Translations under genes and position numbers: made by a program
Shown: positions 9,617 to 18,549 of the stretch, piece after piece
Layout: each line of letters begins with the position of its first letter
How positions within the stretch are numbered: the first letter of the stretch is position 1
Source: Candidatus Woesearchaeota archaeon
GTDB lineage: Archaea > Nanobdellota > Nanobdellia > Pacearchaeales > GW2011-AR1
NCBI GenBank assembly: GCA_964413975.1
Contig: CAYPUL010000001.1
Location: 1 to 47,865, forward strand
DNA: 47,865 bases
Direction of reading: 5' to 3'
Notes under the pieces: model-generated
Databases searched by the model: none
The model's input: the letters and a program-made list of their open reading frames with translations, nothing else
What the model was told of the DNA's origin: nothing

Positions 9617-9690
9617 GGGGCTGTGGGGTAGTTTAGTTAACCTTCAAGCTTCGGGGGTTTGCGACCCGGGTGCGAATCCCGGCAGCCCCA
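9617..9690 (+). tRNA. tRNA-Pro (anticodon CGG)
   Basis: Acceptor GGGGCTG/CAGCCCC, D arm GGGT-AGTTTAGTTA-ACCT, anticodon arm CAAGC-TTCGGGG-GTTTG, T arm CCGGG-TGCGAAT-CCCGG, discriminator A. Starts 5 nt after tRNA-Gly. Confidence 0.85.
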
Positions 9691-9740
9691 TTTAGGTTCG
9701 CGGTACGACAGTTTATAAATATCTAATTCAATACTATCTA

Positions 9741-10346
9741 ATGTCACTAAAAGATTTAATAAAAAAATTCTGGAACTACCTTAAAGAAGACAGCTGGCAT
9801 TCTTGGCTTGTCTCGCTCATTCTTATTCTCATCTTTATACGTTTTGTCTTTTTCCCGACACTTTCTTTTATTACGGCAAGTCCTTTACCGCTTGTTGTCG
9901 TGGAATCCTGCTCTATGTATCATGAATCAGATCTTAAAGCGTGGTGGACAAAGAACGCTGCCTGGTACAAAACGAACGACATTTCTGAGGGGGAGTTTAT
10001 TACCTTTCCTTTACGGAACGGTTTTACGAAGGGGGATATTATTGCGGTATGGGGAAGATCACCGTATAAGGTTGGGGACGTTATCGTCTTTACTGCAAAT
10101 CCTGACGCAAAAGCACGACATCCGATCATTCATCGGATTATTACTAGAGATCCGATTGCGACAAAGGGGGATAACAACGCCCAGCAACTCACACGTACTA
10201 ATAACAATCAGAATATTGATGAGACAAACATTTCTGAGGAAAGGATTATGGGGAAAGCGGTCTTTAGAATACCTCTACTCGGCTGGCTAAAACTGATATT
10301 CTTCGAACCATTTCGTGAGGATGCTCAACGCGGATTCTGTACTTAG
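9741..10346 (+). CDS. Signal peptidase I, archaeal/Sec11 type (S26B)
   Basis: N-terminal TM, catalytic Ser box (VVVESCSMYH), GDIIAV/GDVIVF beta-strands, and the His box HPIIHRII followed by TKGDNN. TTTATAAATA at 9712-9721. Confidence 0.85.
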   Translation: MSLKDLIKKFWNYLKEDSWHSWLVSLILILIFIRFVFFPTLSFITASPLPLVVVESCSMYHESDLKAWWTKNAAWYKTNDISEGEFITFPLRNGFTKGDIIAVWGRSPYKVGDVIVFTANPDAKARHPIIHRIITRDPIATKGDNNAQQLTRTNNNQNIDETNISEERIMGKAVFRIPLLGWLKLIFFEPFREDAQRGFCT

Positions 10347-10414
10347 AGAGTACTACTTTCGGAGTATTCCAAAAGTATAAATAAGCGCTTGCTATGTTAT
10401 TTTCTTAGAAGAAC

Positions 10415-10720
10415 ATGGAATTTTGTGAAAAATGCGGTGGTATGCTCATTGTAAAAAATGAAAAAGCGGTATGTGCGCGGTGTGGTCATCGATCGCAAAA
10501 AAAACTGAAAATAAAAGCATCGGAAAAAATTGGGAAGGCAGAAACTATTGCTGTTATCGAGGAGGGAGAAAATATCTATCCTATTATTGAGATGAGATGT
10601 CCTGTCTGTAAAAACAAGAATTGTTATTTCTGGACGCGACAAACCCGTGCTGCAGACGAATCTGAAACAAAATTCTATAAGTGTACTAAATGTGGTCATA
10701 CTTGGCGGGTTTATCGTTGA
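10415..10720 (+). CDS. tfs: Transcription factor S / RNA polymerase subunit M family
   Basis: N-terminal ribbon CEKCG...CARCG. C-terminal TFIIS-type ribbon CPVC...TRQTRAADESETKFYKCTKCGHTW with the acidic DE hairpin. Confidence 0.9.
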   Translation: MEFCEKCGGMLIVKNEKAVCARCGHRSQKKLKIKASEKIGKAETIAVIEEGENIYPIIEMRCPVCKNKNCYFWTRQTRAADESETKFYKCTKCGHTWRVYR

Positions 10721-10734
10721 CTTTATTCATTAGA

Positions 10735-11514
10735 TCAATCTAGGTATATTATTTCGTATAGCATTTGTGCTGCTTTTTCCGCACTATTCTTTGGCATACC
10801 ATAACCTTTATGTAAATCTCTAGCCATCTTTCCGACTATTTTTTTCATCCTATTTTCATCCAGTTTTTCTTTATCATTTTTTTCTGGTTTGATTTCATTA
10901 AGTGAACTAAATCCCTTACTGACTACAGAATCCAAGTCTCCTCTCCACCTGTCTGCATGAATATAAACTTGATCGGCCCCTATCTCTGGCTCACCTTCTG
11001 GAACAATTATAAGGCCCTCTAAACTATATGGTTTAAGGGGCAAAAGAGCTCTATCTGTAAGCCACTTGTAACCCATTTTAGAAGCTATTTTAACAGTGTT
11101 TATATCGAAATAATGATTGGGCGGAACATAAAGCTGTGGCTCGATACCTAATAATGCTTTAAGCTTTTTTCTGCCTTCATTCATAAATCTTTTTTGATCT
11201 TTTGAGGAAATTTGACCGAACCATAAACAGTAGTTCTCATGCCACGGGTCTATTCCTGGCCTTACTATCTTGTTATCTTTTTCTTCGAAGTGATAATCCT
11301 GACATTTAGTACATTTGTGATTAAGTCCTTGTTGTCCTAGTACATAACCTTCTCTCGAAAGTATTTCTTTTAATCTTGTTACTTGATAGTCTTTTATCCT
11401 AGTAATGTGACTGGGAGTGATAGAAACAGCGATAGGACCTTTTTTAGCTAGTTCTTCTACTCTTCTAAAACTTTCTTCATCAAACGTTTCGAGGTGAATA
11501 TTCATTACTATCAT
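10735..11514 (-). CDS. Hypothetical protein (possible polysaccharide-deacetylase/DUF2334-like fold)
   Basis: 259-aa ORF. The family guess is only weakly supported from sequence. Confidence 0.5.
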   Translation of the reverse strand: MIVMNIHLETFDEESFRRVEELAKKGPIAVSITPSHITRIKDYQVTRLKEILSREGYVLGQQGLNHKCTKCQDYHFEEKDNKIVRPGIDPWHENYCLWFGQISSKDQKRFMNEGRKKLKALLGIEPQLYVPPNHYFDINTVKIASKMGYKWLTDRALLPLKPYSLEGLIIVPEGEPEIGADQVYIHADRWRGDLDSVVSKGFSSLNEIKPEKNDKEKLDENRMKKIVGKMARDLHKGYGMPKNSAEKAAQMLYEIIYLD

Positions 11515-11615
11515 GTTGAGATTATCAACTATGAGAGCTTTAAAAGTATTTCTAGTTTCTCTTCTTTGTTGCAGAAACTTTTCTTTTGATCATTCGTCAA
11601 GAGACATAACATAGA

Positions 11616-11625
11616 TTTTTAAATA
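11616..11625 (+). promoter_or_regulatory. TATA-like box for tRNA-Lys
   Basis: TTTTTAAATA, 22-31 nt upstream of the tRNA start. Confidence 0.45.
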
Positions 11626-11646
11626 ATTCTCGATTTCTTCTTGAAA

Positions 11647-11720
11647 GGCTCCGTAGCTCAGTCTGGTAGAGCACTGGACTCTTAATCCAGGTGTCGGGGG
11701 TTCAAATCCCCTCGGGGCCA
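11647..11720 (+). tRNA. tRNA-Lys (anticodon CUU)
   Basis: GGCTCCG-TA-GCTC-AGTCTGGTA-GAGC-A-CTGGA-CTCTTAA-TCCAG-GTGTC-GGGGG-TTCAAAT-CCCCT-CGGGGCC-A. No CCA. Confidence 0.92.
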
Positions 11721-11729
11721 TTCAACCTC

Positions 11730-12161
11730 ATGAAATTCAATCAACAACTCAAAAAAGAAATCGAATCTTTTAAAGATTATACTATTCTCGTTGAAGGGGA
11801 AAAAGATCGAGATGCGCTTCATTTTTTTGGTTTCGGAAAGGTATATACGATTCACAAAACAGCTGTTCCTCTTAGAGAGAGAATAGAACAAATTGTCTCT
11901 AAGATAAACAAAAAAGAAAAGATTTGTATCCTTACTGATCTTGACAGAAGAGGAAAAAAACTCTATGAAACAATCAAACCAATCCTACAAGAGCTAGGAT
12001 GTCACATCGATTCAACACTTCGGGGTATTCTTATCAAAGCTAATATATCACACATCGAGGGCATTCATAATTTTATGACCAAGGTAGAAAACCTGGAAAA
12101 CACTAGATTACAACGACACATGATGTACAGACATCCCTTCCGCGAAAAAAGATTTAACTAA
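11730..12161 (+). CDS. Toprim domain protein (RNase M5/primase-like small Toprim)
   Basis: ILVEGEKDRDAL (conserved Glu) and ILTDLDRRGKKL (DxD). The track start 11691 lies inside tRNA-Lys, so the first ATG, 9 nt after the tRNA, is used. Confidence 0.75.
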   Translation: MKFNQQLKKEIESFKDYTILVEGEKDRDALHFFGFGKVYTIHKTAVPLRERIEQIVSKINKKEKICILTDLDRRGKKLYETIKPILQELGCHIDSTLRGILIKANISHIEGIHNFMTKVENLENTRLQRHMMYRHPFREKRFN

Positions 12162-12429
12162 TCGCCTTTTTAATATTCTCGATATTCTCAGCGACTTCTT
12201 GCCCTTTTTTTGTTAGTTTAATTAACTTTATCCTTCCCTTCTTCTCGAACATTACCAGTCCTAAACGCTCTAGGCTTTGCAGAATTTTGACCGCATGACT
12301 GTACGTACAATCTACTTCTTTTGCAAGAACACTTCCATAACGTACTCTCGCGATCCTTTTTAATGCAACCAACATCATCGCAGGCTTTCGCCTAAAAAAG
12401 ATGTCGAAATTGTCTCGTGTTTCATCCAT
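12154..12429 (-). CDS. Winged-helix transcriptional regulator (91 aa)
   Basis: GSVLAKEVDCTYSHAVKILQSLERLGLVMFEKKGRIKLIKLTKKG is a classic HTH plus wing. Convergent 8-nt overlap with the Toprim gene. Confidence 0.7.
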   Translation of the reverse strand: MDETRDNFDIFFRRKPAMMLVALKRIARVRYGSVLAKEVDCTYSHAVKILQSLERLGLVMFEKKGRIKLIKLTKKGQEVAENIENIKKAIS

Positions 12430-12544
12430 GGTTTTAACCTATATAGTGCAATCTATATATTAGACCCACAATATCAGATTTTTAAATCTTTCCCTATTTA
12501 TGTTACCCGCTAGAGTAGCAAATAAAAGGAGAATTTTGACTACT

Positions 12545-13066
12545 CTAAGTTAAGGAATCATAAATCTTCCAATAACCCTTGGATAATAACGTTGGTTTAT
12601 CCTCGGCAAGATCTATACTAGAACCTCCATCCTTGAACGATTTGACAACATACTCGCGATCACGCAACATCCGAACTACCTCCCTAGCGCTTGTCCGAAT
12701 GATAATATCTTTCTCAGAAAAACTACCGCGCTGCACACGAATCGTACCTTCGATAATCTCTGCAGTATATGAATTATTATCAACAAGAATCTCAATCTTC
12801 GGTGTACTATCACTCAAGGGAGGATTATGTAGCTTCTGAGCACTAATGCTGTATAACAAATACAACACAAATTCTTCATTAAACAAAGCAACTCCTTCCT
12901 CGTCACTCAAACCCTTAACTGGATTCTCTAAAACGCGACCGCCTTTTTTCGAAGATTTATTAGGTAAAAAATGCAGGTAAGTATATAAGAGAATGATAAT
13001 TGTAATTATCAATAACAAAACAACAAACACAACAAGACCAATTCGGTGATGTTTTCGCTTACCCAT
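12545..13066 (-). CDS. Membrane-anchored protein, SCP2-like C-terminal domain (tentative)
   Basis: N-terminal TM (IGLVVFVVLLLIITIIILLY). The domain guess is weak. Confidence 0.55.
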   Translation of the reverse strand: MGKRKHHRIGLVVFVVLLLIITIIILLYTYLHFLPNKSSKKGGRVLENPVKGLSDEEGVALFNEEFVLYLLYSISAQKLHNPPLSDSTPKIEILVDNNSYTAEIIEGTIRVQRGSFSEKDIIIRTSAREVVRMLRDREYVVKSFKDGGSSIDLAEDKPTLLSKGYWKIYDSLT

Positions 13067-13152
13067 CTCTTCTCTAAAAAAGATTATATTATAAAATTAT
13101 TGTTAGAATTAAAAAACCAAAATATTATAAGTAGCTCTATACTCAAGGAACA

Positions 13153-13767
13153 ATGACAAAAACAGGAAAAGGGTTTAAGATACTTGCAGCTTCGGATATT
13201 CATGGTGATTCAACGCTTGCGAAAAAACTCGCGATGAAAGCTGAGAAAGAGAAGGTTAATCTTGTTGTTTTATGCGGCGATATTACTGCTTGGACAGAAA
13301 CGAAGGATATTATAAAACCCTTTAAGGATAGAAACAAACCTCTTCTAATTATTCCGGGGAATCACGATTCCTTCGCGACAACAGACTTTCTTGCTGCACT
13401 TTATGGTGTGAAAAATATTCATGGGTATGCGGTTAAATATGAGAATATTGGATTTTTTGGTGCTGGTGGTGCAGATCTTGGTCCTGGGAGAATAACAGAA
13501 AAAGAACTCTTTAAGACACTTGAGCGAGCACATGCAGATCTTCAGGGCATTGAAAAAAAGATTATGGTGACTCACATGCATCCTGCAGGGAGCGTTTCGG
13601 AATTCTCTGGCATTCCGGGGAGTGAGGCAATTCGAAGAGCAATTAAACAATTCAAACCGGATATTCTTATCCATGGTCATATCCACGAGGCAGCAGGTGT
13701 TGAAGAGAATATTGAGGGAACACGGGTCATTAATGTCGGAAGAGAGGGTCGTGTCATTGAGATCTGA
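13153..13767 (+). CDS. Metallophosphoesterase (calcineurin-like)
   Basis: Motifs ASDIHGD, CGDIT, GNHD, THMHP and HGHIHE in canonical order. TATTATAA box at 13124-13131. Confidence 0.85.
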   Translation: MTKTGKGFKILAASDIHGDSTLAKKLAMKAEKEKVNLVVLCGDITAWTETKDIIKPFKDRNKPLLIIPGNHDSFATTDFLAALYGVKNIHGYAVKYENIGFFGAGGADLGPGRITEKELFKTLERAHADLQGIEKKIMVTHMHPAGSVSEFSGIPGSEAIRRAIKQFKPDILIHGHIHEAAGVEENIEGTRVINVGREGRVIEI

Positions 13768-13817
13768 TGGATCCAAAGTACTATATACTTTAAAAACTCT
13801 TTATTTTTACTTGAGAA

Positions 13818-16079
13818 ATGGCTGTAAAAGACTTTATTCCTGTCAAGGACTTTAAACAAACTGTAGAAAAAGAAGTAAAACAAAAACCAACACTTGCGGA
13901 ACTAACGACAATAGAGTCTCCGGGAAGACCGATTCCTGCCGATAGACTCGAGGAAACATCTTCTGAAAAACTGCCAAAGAAGATAAAAACTAGGAAGACA
14001 ACGTCTGATCCTACAAAAATAGAGCGCCCGAATACTAATACTATTCTTGTCATAACAGAAAAACCTCAAGCAGCGCAAAAAATAGCCTTCGCTCTCGGGC
14101 GCGCGAGAAAGTATACTGATCGCGGTGTCTCTTATTTTGAGGTTGCACGGGACAATAAGACAATTCTTATTGCGTCTGCTGTCGGACATCTCTTCGGGTT
14201 AACCTATAAGCAAGGCCAACAAGGTTGGCCTATCTTTGAATTAGAATGGCGTCCCTCATATGAAAAAGATACTTCTGCATTTACGAAAAAGTACTTTGAT
14301 CTTCTAAAAAAACTTGCGCGGAGAACGAGCGAAATTGTTATTGCAACAGATTATGATAATGAGGGAGAGGTCATTGGTTGGAACGTTCTCCGTTTCATCT
14401 GTCATCAAACTAGTGCAAGAAGAATGAAATTCTCTACTCTTACAAAATTGGAACTTGAGCACGCATATGAAAATCCTCTTCCGACTCCTGCTTGGGGTCA
14501 AGCGTATGCAGGAGAAGCCCGTCATATTCTAGACTGGCTCTATGGTATTAATCTCTCTCGCGCCTTAATGGCATCACTTAAAACAATCGGCTCATTCAAG
14601 ATCCTTTCTATCGGTCGTGTCCAAGGCCCTACATTGAAAATAATTGTTGACAAAGAACGTGAAATCGAGAATTTTAAACCAGAACCATTCTGGCAGGTTT
14701 TCGCACTTGTCAACAACTTCGAATATAAGCATCCTGAAGATCTCTTTGACAAAAACGATTTAGAAAAATTTAGAGATATCAAGGAAGGAATCGCGGTAAC
14801 CAAAGATAGTGAAGAGAATATCCTACCGCCACATCCTTTTGATCTTACGACGCTTCAACGTGAGGTTTATCGTCTTTACAAAATAAATCCCTCGCAGACA
14901 CTTGCTATTGCTCAACGTCTCTATCTTGATAGTCTCATTTCTTATCCTAGGACATCTTCACAAAAGATACCTTCTTCTATAGAACCAAAAAAAATACTCA
15001 AGGCACTCGAGCGACATTATGAGGAAGTAAAGTATGCGATTCGAAAAAAGCCAATCGAGGGAAAAAAGTCAGATCCTGCTCATCCCTCAATTTATCCTAC
15101 TGGTGAGTATGGAAAACTGAAGGAGCCTGATCAGAGAGTTTATGATCTCATTGTGAAAAGATTTATTGCTCTTTTCTCTCCGGATGCAAAAGTAACTAAT
15201 CGAAAAACGATAATTACCGCAAAGAATAATCCCGAACTAACTTTTCGTGCATCTGGTCTTAAAATCCTTGAGAAAGGTTGGGCTTTGGTTTATCCAACAG
15301 TATTTGAAGAGAAAGATATCCCAGAACTTCAGGGTTCTATTGCAATAGATGAAATAAAGATCGTTGAGAAAGAGACTCAACCGCCTAAGCGCTATACTCC
15401 CGCTTCACTTATTACGACGCTTGAGAAAAAAAACCTTGGAACAAAAACGACACGTTCAATGATTATCGATACACTTTTCGAACGTGGTTATCTTGATGGT
15501 ACCTCAATTAAGGCAACATCGCTTGGCCTTCGACTTGTTGAATCACTCGAGACATATTCTCCGATAATTATTGATGAGAACTTGACGCGCCAACTTGAAG
15601 ATGAGCTGGAAAAGATACAACTTGCGACAACTGACTACGAAAAAAAAGAACAGGAAGTAATTGAAAAAGCAAAACGTCTTATTCGTGATATCGCAAAAGA
15701 ATTTAAGGTACATGAGCGAGAGATTGGTAAGCACATCCTGAGCGGGATAGAACATCTTCGTGAAGAACAAAGAAACAATTTAACTATAATGCCTTGTCCA
15801 ACTTGTAAGGTAGGAAATCTTCGTATTCTCTACTCGAAAAAAACAAACCGCTCTTTCATTGCCTGCTCAAACTACCCGAACTGTACGCAGACATACTCAC
15901 TTCCACCAAATGCGCTTATAAAAAGATCAGAGAAACAATGTTCAGTATGCACTTTCCCGACTCTTCTAGCAATCCGGAGAGGAAGACGCCCCTGGGAATT
16001 CTGTTTCAATCAAAACTGTCCTAGAGTAAAACAACAACGTGAAGCTTATCTTGCACGAAAAAATCTTTCATATGGGTAA
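13818..16079 (+). CDS. topA: DNA topoisomerase, type IA
   Basis: Toprim (ILVITEKPQAA; ATDYDNEGE), active-site Tyr context (ISYPRTSSQ) and two C-terminal zinc ribbons (CPTC...CSNYPNC; CSVC...NQNC). About 75 aa of Lys-rich N-terminal extension. Confidence 0.9.
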   Translation: MAVKDFIPVKDFKQTVEKEVKQKPTLAELTTIESPGRPIPADRLEETSSEKLPKKIKTRKTTSDPTKIERPNTNTILVITEKPQAAQKIAFALGRARKYTDRGVSYFEVARDNKTILIASAVGHLFGLTYKQGQQGWPIFELEWRPSYEKDTSAFTKKYFDLLKKLARRTSEIVIATDYDNEGEVIGWNVLRFICHQTSARRMKFSTLTKLELEHAYENPLPTPAWGQAYAGEARHILDWLYGINLSRALMASLKTIGSFKILSIGRVQGPTLKIIVDKEREIENFKPEPFWQVFALVNNFEYKHPEDLFDKNDLEKFRDIKEGIAVTKDSEENILPPHPFDLTTLQREVYRLYKINPSQTLAIAQRLYLDSLISYPRTSSQKIPSSIEPKKILKALERHYEEVKYAIRKKPIEGKKSDPAHPSIYPTGEYGKLKEPDQRVYDLIVKRFIALFSPDAKVTNRKTIITAKNNPELTFRASGLKILEKGWALVYPTVFEEKDIPELQGSIAIDEIKIVEKETQPPKRYTPASLITTLEKKNLGTKTTRSMIIDTLFERGYLDGTSIKATSLGLRLVESLETYSPIIIDENLTRQLEDELEKIQLATTDYEKKEQEVIEKAKRLIRDIAKEFKVHEREIGKHILSGIEHLREEQRNNLTIMPCPTCKVGNLRILYSKKTNRSFIACSNYPNCTQTYSLPPNALIKRSEKQCSVCTFPTLLAIRRGRRPWEFCFNQNCPRVKQQREAYLARKNLSYG

Positions 16080-16313
16080 TAGTGTGTTTGAGATTATATT
16101 TATACTTTCATCTTTATTTATACTCTGATTTTGGACAATTGTACTTTTGACTATGTCTCCTTTGAAGGTACCTGGGCGGCTGTTTTTTTCTGCTGTTGTT
16201 TGAGGAAATAGTATATTGTAAAAGAAGATGCTAGTTATGATTAGAATAATTGAGAGTGCCAGTAATACGAACGTGATTATTTTTGGGAATACTGTCTTTC
16301 CGTCTCTTTTCAT
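16068..16313 (-). CDS. Small membrane protein (81 aa)
   Basis: Single TM (IITFVLLALSIILIITSIFFY). Convergent 12-nt overlap with the topA end. Confidence 0.45.
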   Translation of the reverse strand: MKRDGKTVFPKIITFVLLALSIILIITSIFFYNILFPQTTAEKNSRPGTFKGDIVKSTIVQNQSINKDESINIISNTLLPI

Positions 16314-16358
16314 TCTTCTTTTTTGTATCCTTTCTTTAAAAGAATATTGATCTTGGAA

Positions 16359-16934
16359 CTACTTTCCTTGGCGATGCCACGCACGTAAACTTGGCCTTAC
16401 TTTAAGATTATGACTCTTGCTTAACAAGCCGCGCGACTTCTTTGCTGCTGACGTTAAACCCCTTTCAGCCCGCATAGAATTCTTATTGTTACTGATCCAT
16501 TTTAAGACGTTATCATGTTTAATCTCGGGTCGTGAAGGATCAACCATGATGATTTCAAAATAATAATGCTTCCCGTCCTTTCCGACAAAATATGAATTTA
16601 ATACCTCTAGATTTCGATATTTTCGGGCAGCACGTATCTCTGCGACCCATTGATAGCTCATCTTCAATGTTTTTCTAGAGGTTTGTTTTCGTGATACACG
16701 TCCTTTTACACCCTGTCGCTCCCGCTTCCTCCCTCCTCGTTTTATTCTTACTCTTAGTATAACAAATCCTTTTTTTGCTTTGTATCCTAAAGCTCTGGCG
16801 CGATCTAATCTTAGCGGCTTCTCAACACGCTCTATGGAATTTCCTGCGCGCCAAGTAATCATCCGCTTTCCTAATAGTTCTTGAGTCGGTCTTTTCCAGA
16901 TCTCTCTTATTTGATGGTATAATCCGTGTGTCAT
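16359..16934 (-). CDS. rpl15e: 50S ribosomal protein L15e
   Basis: YHQIREIWKRP, RLDRARALGYKAKKGFVI, NLEVLNSYFVG and RGLTSAAKKSRGL match the L15e family throughout. ATG at 16934 (the track start 16949 is TTG). Confidence 0.93.
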   Translation of the reverse strand: MTHGLYHQIREIWKRPTQELLGKRMITWRAGNSIERVEKPLRLDRARALGYKAKKGFVILRVRIKRGGRKRERQGVKGRVSRKQTSRKTLKMSYQWVAEIRAARKYRNLEVLNSYFVGKDGKHYYFEIIMVDPSRPEIKHDNVLKWISNNKNSMRAERGLTSAAKKSRGLLSKSHNLKVRPSLRAWHRQGK

Positions 16935-17068
16935 AATCAATTCCAGCAAAACCTCTTTTTAAATCTTATCTTGGATTTAAATGCGTGTATTGCTCACGTA
17001 TCTCTCCCTCTTGCATGAGCTTTTCTTATTTTTGTACCTTCCTGTTTTTTTTCTTATCTGGCAATAGC

Positions 17069-17078
17069 CTTTTATACC
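17069..17078 (+). promoter_or_regulatory. TATA-like box for metG
   Basis: CTTTTATACC, 20-29 nt upstream of ATG 17098, which implies a leaderless or very short-leader mRNA. Confidence 0.4.
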
Positions 17079-17097
17079 TTATCTTTCTCTTATCGTT

Positions 17098-18549
17098 ATG
17101 ACAACGAAAAAATTTTACCTTACGACGCCGATTTATTATCCGAATGATATACCTCATCTCGGGCATGCGTATACGACAATTGCAGCTGATGCTCTCGCTC
17201 GCTGGCATAGACTGCTTGGTGATAGGGTGTTCTTCCTTACAGGGACTGATGAACATGGAAAGAAGATAGCACGAACTGCAGAAAAAGCTGGAAAAACACC
17301 TGAACAATTCACTGATGCGCTTGTTCCTGAGTTCAAGAAAACGTGGCAGACGCTCGATATAACCTATGACCGGTTTATCCGTACCACAGACTTGGACCAT
17401 ACGGAAGTTGTTCAATACATCTTAAAAAAAGTCAATGCAAACAACGATATTTACAAAGGAATCTATGAGGGATTCTATTGTACTGAATGTGAGGCCTATT
17501 ATACAGAAATAGAAGCTCCAGGTTCTCACTGTCCTATTCATAAAAAGCCACTAGAAACATTAAAAGAAGAATCTTATTTCTTTCGGCTTTCGAAATATCA
17601 GTCTTTTCTCCTTGATCTCTACGAGAAAAACCCAGAATTTATATCTCCAAAAAATAGAAAACAAGAAATAATCAATCGTGTAGAAGAAGGCCTGAAGGAT
17701 TTTAGTATATCACGGACATCATTTACATGGGGAATTCCGCTCCCCTTTGATAAAAAACATATTACATATGTTTGGTTTGACGCACTTATTAATTATCTCT
17801 CGGGAATCGGCTTCCTGAAAGATAAGAAACAATTCGGGACATTCTGGCCAGTAGATGTTCACATTATTGGTAAGGATATTCTGTGGTTTCATGTTGTTTA
17901 CTGGCCTGCAATGTTAAAATCAGCGGGTATTGAACTCCCAGAGAAAGTATTCGCACATGGTTTTCTAACTGTCCACAATGAGAAAATAGGAAAATCAGCA
18001 GGTAATGCAATTAGCATCCAGACAGTTATTGGTTATGCAGGCGTTGATGCTGCACGTTATTTTCTTCTTAGATCAACACCTTTTGGTGATGATGGCGACT
18101 TCTCAGAAAAAACACTAAAAGAGCGATATAATAATGAGCTTGCAAACAAACTAGGGAATCTGGTCGCTCGAACCACCACCCTCGCGGAGAAATACGGTAT
18201 ACAAAAAGTACGAGTTAAAACACTGTCTTCAATAACAACTCAAGTAAATCTGAGAAAATATTTTGATAGGCTAGAATTTGATAAAGCTCTTGCAGAGATC
18301 TTTGCTTACATCGATAGATGTAATAGATTTATCCAAACTAAAAAACCATGGGAAACAAAAGACAAAAAAGTTCTTTATGAACTATGCAATGCCTTGAAAG
18401 ATATTGCAATACTACTATCTCCGTTTATTCCAGAAACAGCACAAAAAATAGCCGAAACTATTAATACTCAAATAACATTCAAAAACCTTAAAGAACCACT
18501 TGCTATCAAGAAAATAAGAAGATCAGAGATCCTATTTAAAAAAATTTAG
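17098..18549 (+). CDS. metG: Methionine--tRNA ligase (short form, no C-terminal tRNA-binding domain)
   Basis: HIGH motif (PHLGHAYT), zinc knuckle (CTECEAYY...CPIH), KMSKS variant (KIGKSAGN) and anticodon-binding helices. 483 aa. Confidence 0.92.
   Translation: MTTKKFYLTTPIYYPNDIPHLGHAYTTIAADALARWHRLLGDRVFFLTGTDEHGKKIARTAEKAGKTPEQFTDALVPEFKKTWQTLDITYDRFIRTTDLDHTEVVQYILKKVNANNDIYKGIYEGFYCTECEAYYTEIEAPGSHCPIHKKPLETLKEESYFFRLSKYQSFLLDLYEKNPEFISPKNRKQEIINRVEEGLKDFSISRTSFTWGIPLPFDKKHITYVWFDALINYLSGIGFLKDKKQFGTFWPVDVHIIGKDILWFHVVYWPAMLKSAGIELPEKVFAHGFLTVHNEKIGKSAGNAISIQTVIGYAGVDAARYFLLRSTPFGDDGDFSEKTLKERYNNELANKLGNLVARTTTLAEKYGIQKVRVKTLSSITTQVNLRKYFDRLEFDKALAEIFAYIDRCNRFIQTKKPWETKDKKVLYELCNALKDIAILLSPFIPETAQKIAETINTQITFKNLKEPLAIKKIRRSEILFKKI

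Noticed and set aside
9808-10290. 160-aa alternative-frame ORF inside the signal peptidase gene, and the antisense ORF 9920-10129
   Set aside because: The other frame carries the S26 catalytic Ser/His boxes, while these translations are Leu/Arg-rich noise.
11691-11729. Track start of the Toprim ORF at 11691
   Set aside because: These codons lie inside tRNA-Lys, and the first ATG (11730) follows the tRNA directly.
17026-17415. 129-aa minus-strand ORF overlapping the metG start and promoter (also 17154-17336)
   Set aside because: It is antisense to a conserved aminoacyl-tRNA synthetase N-terminus (HIGH region) and has no motif.
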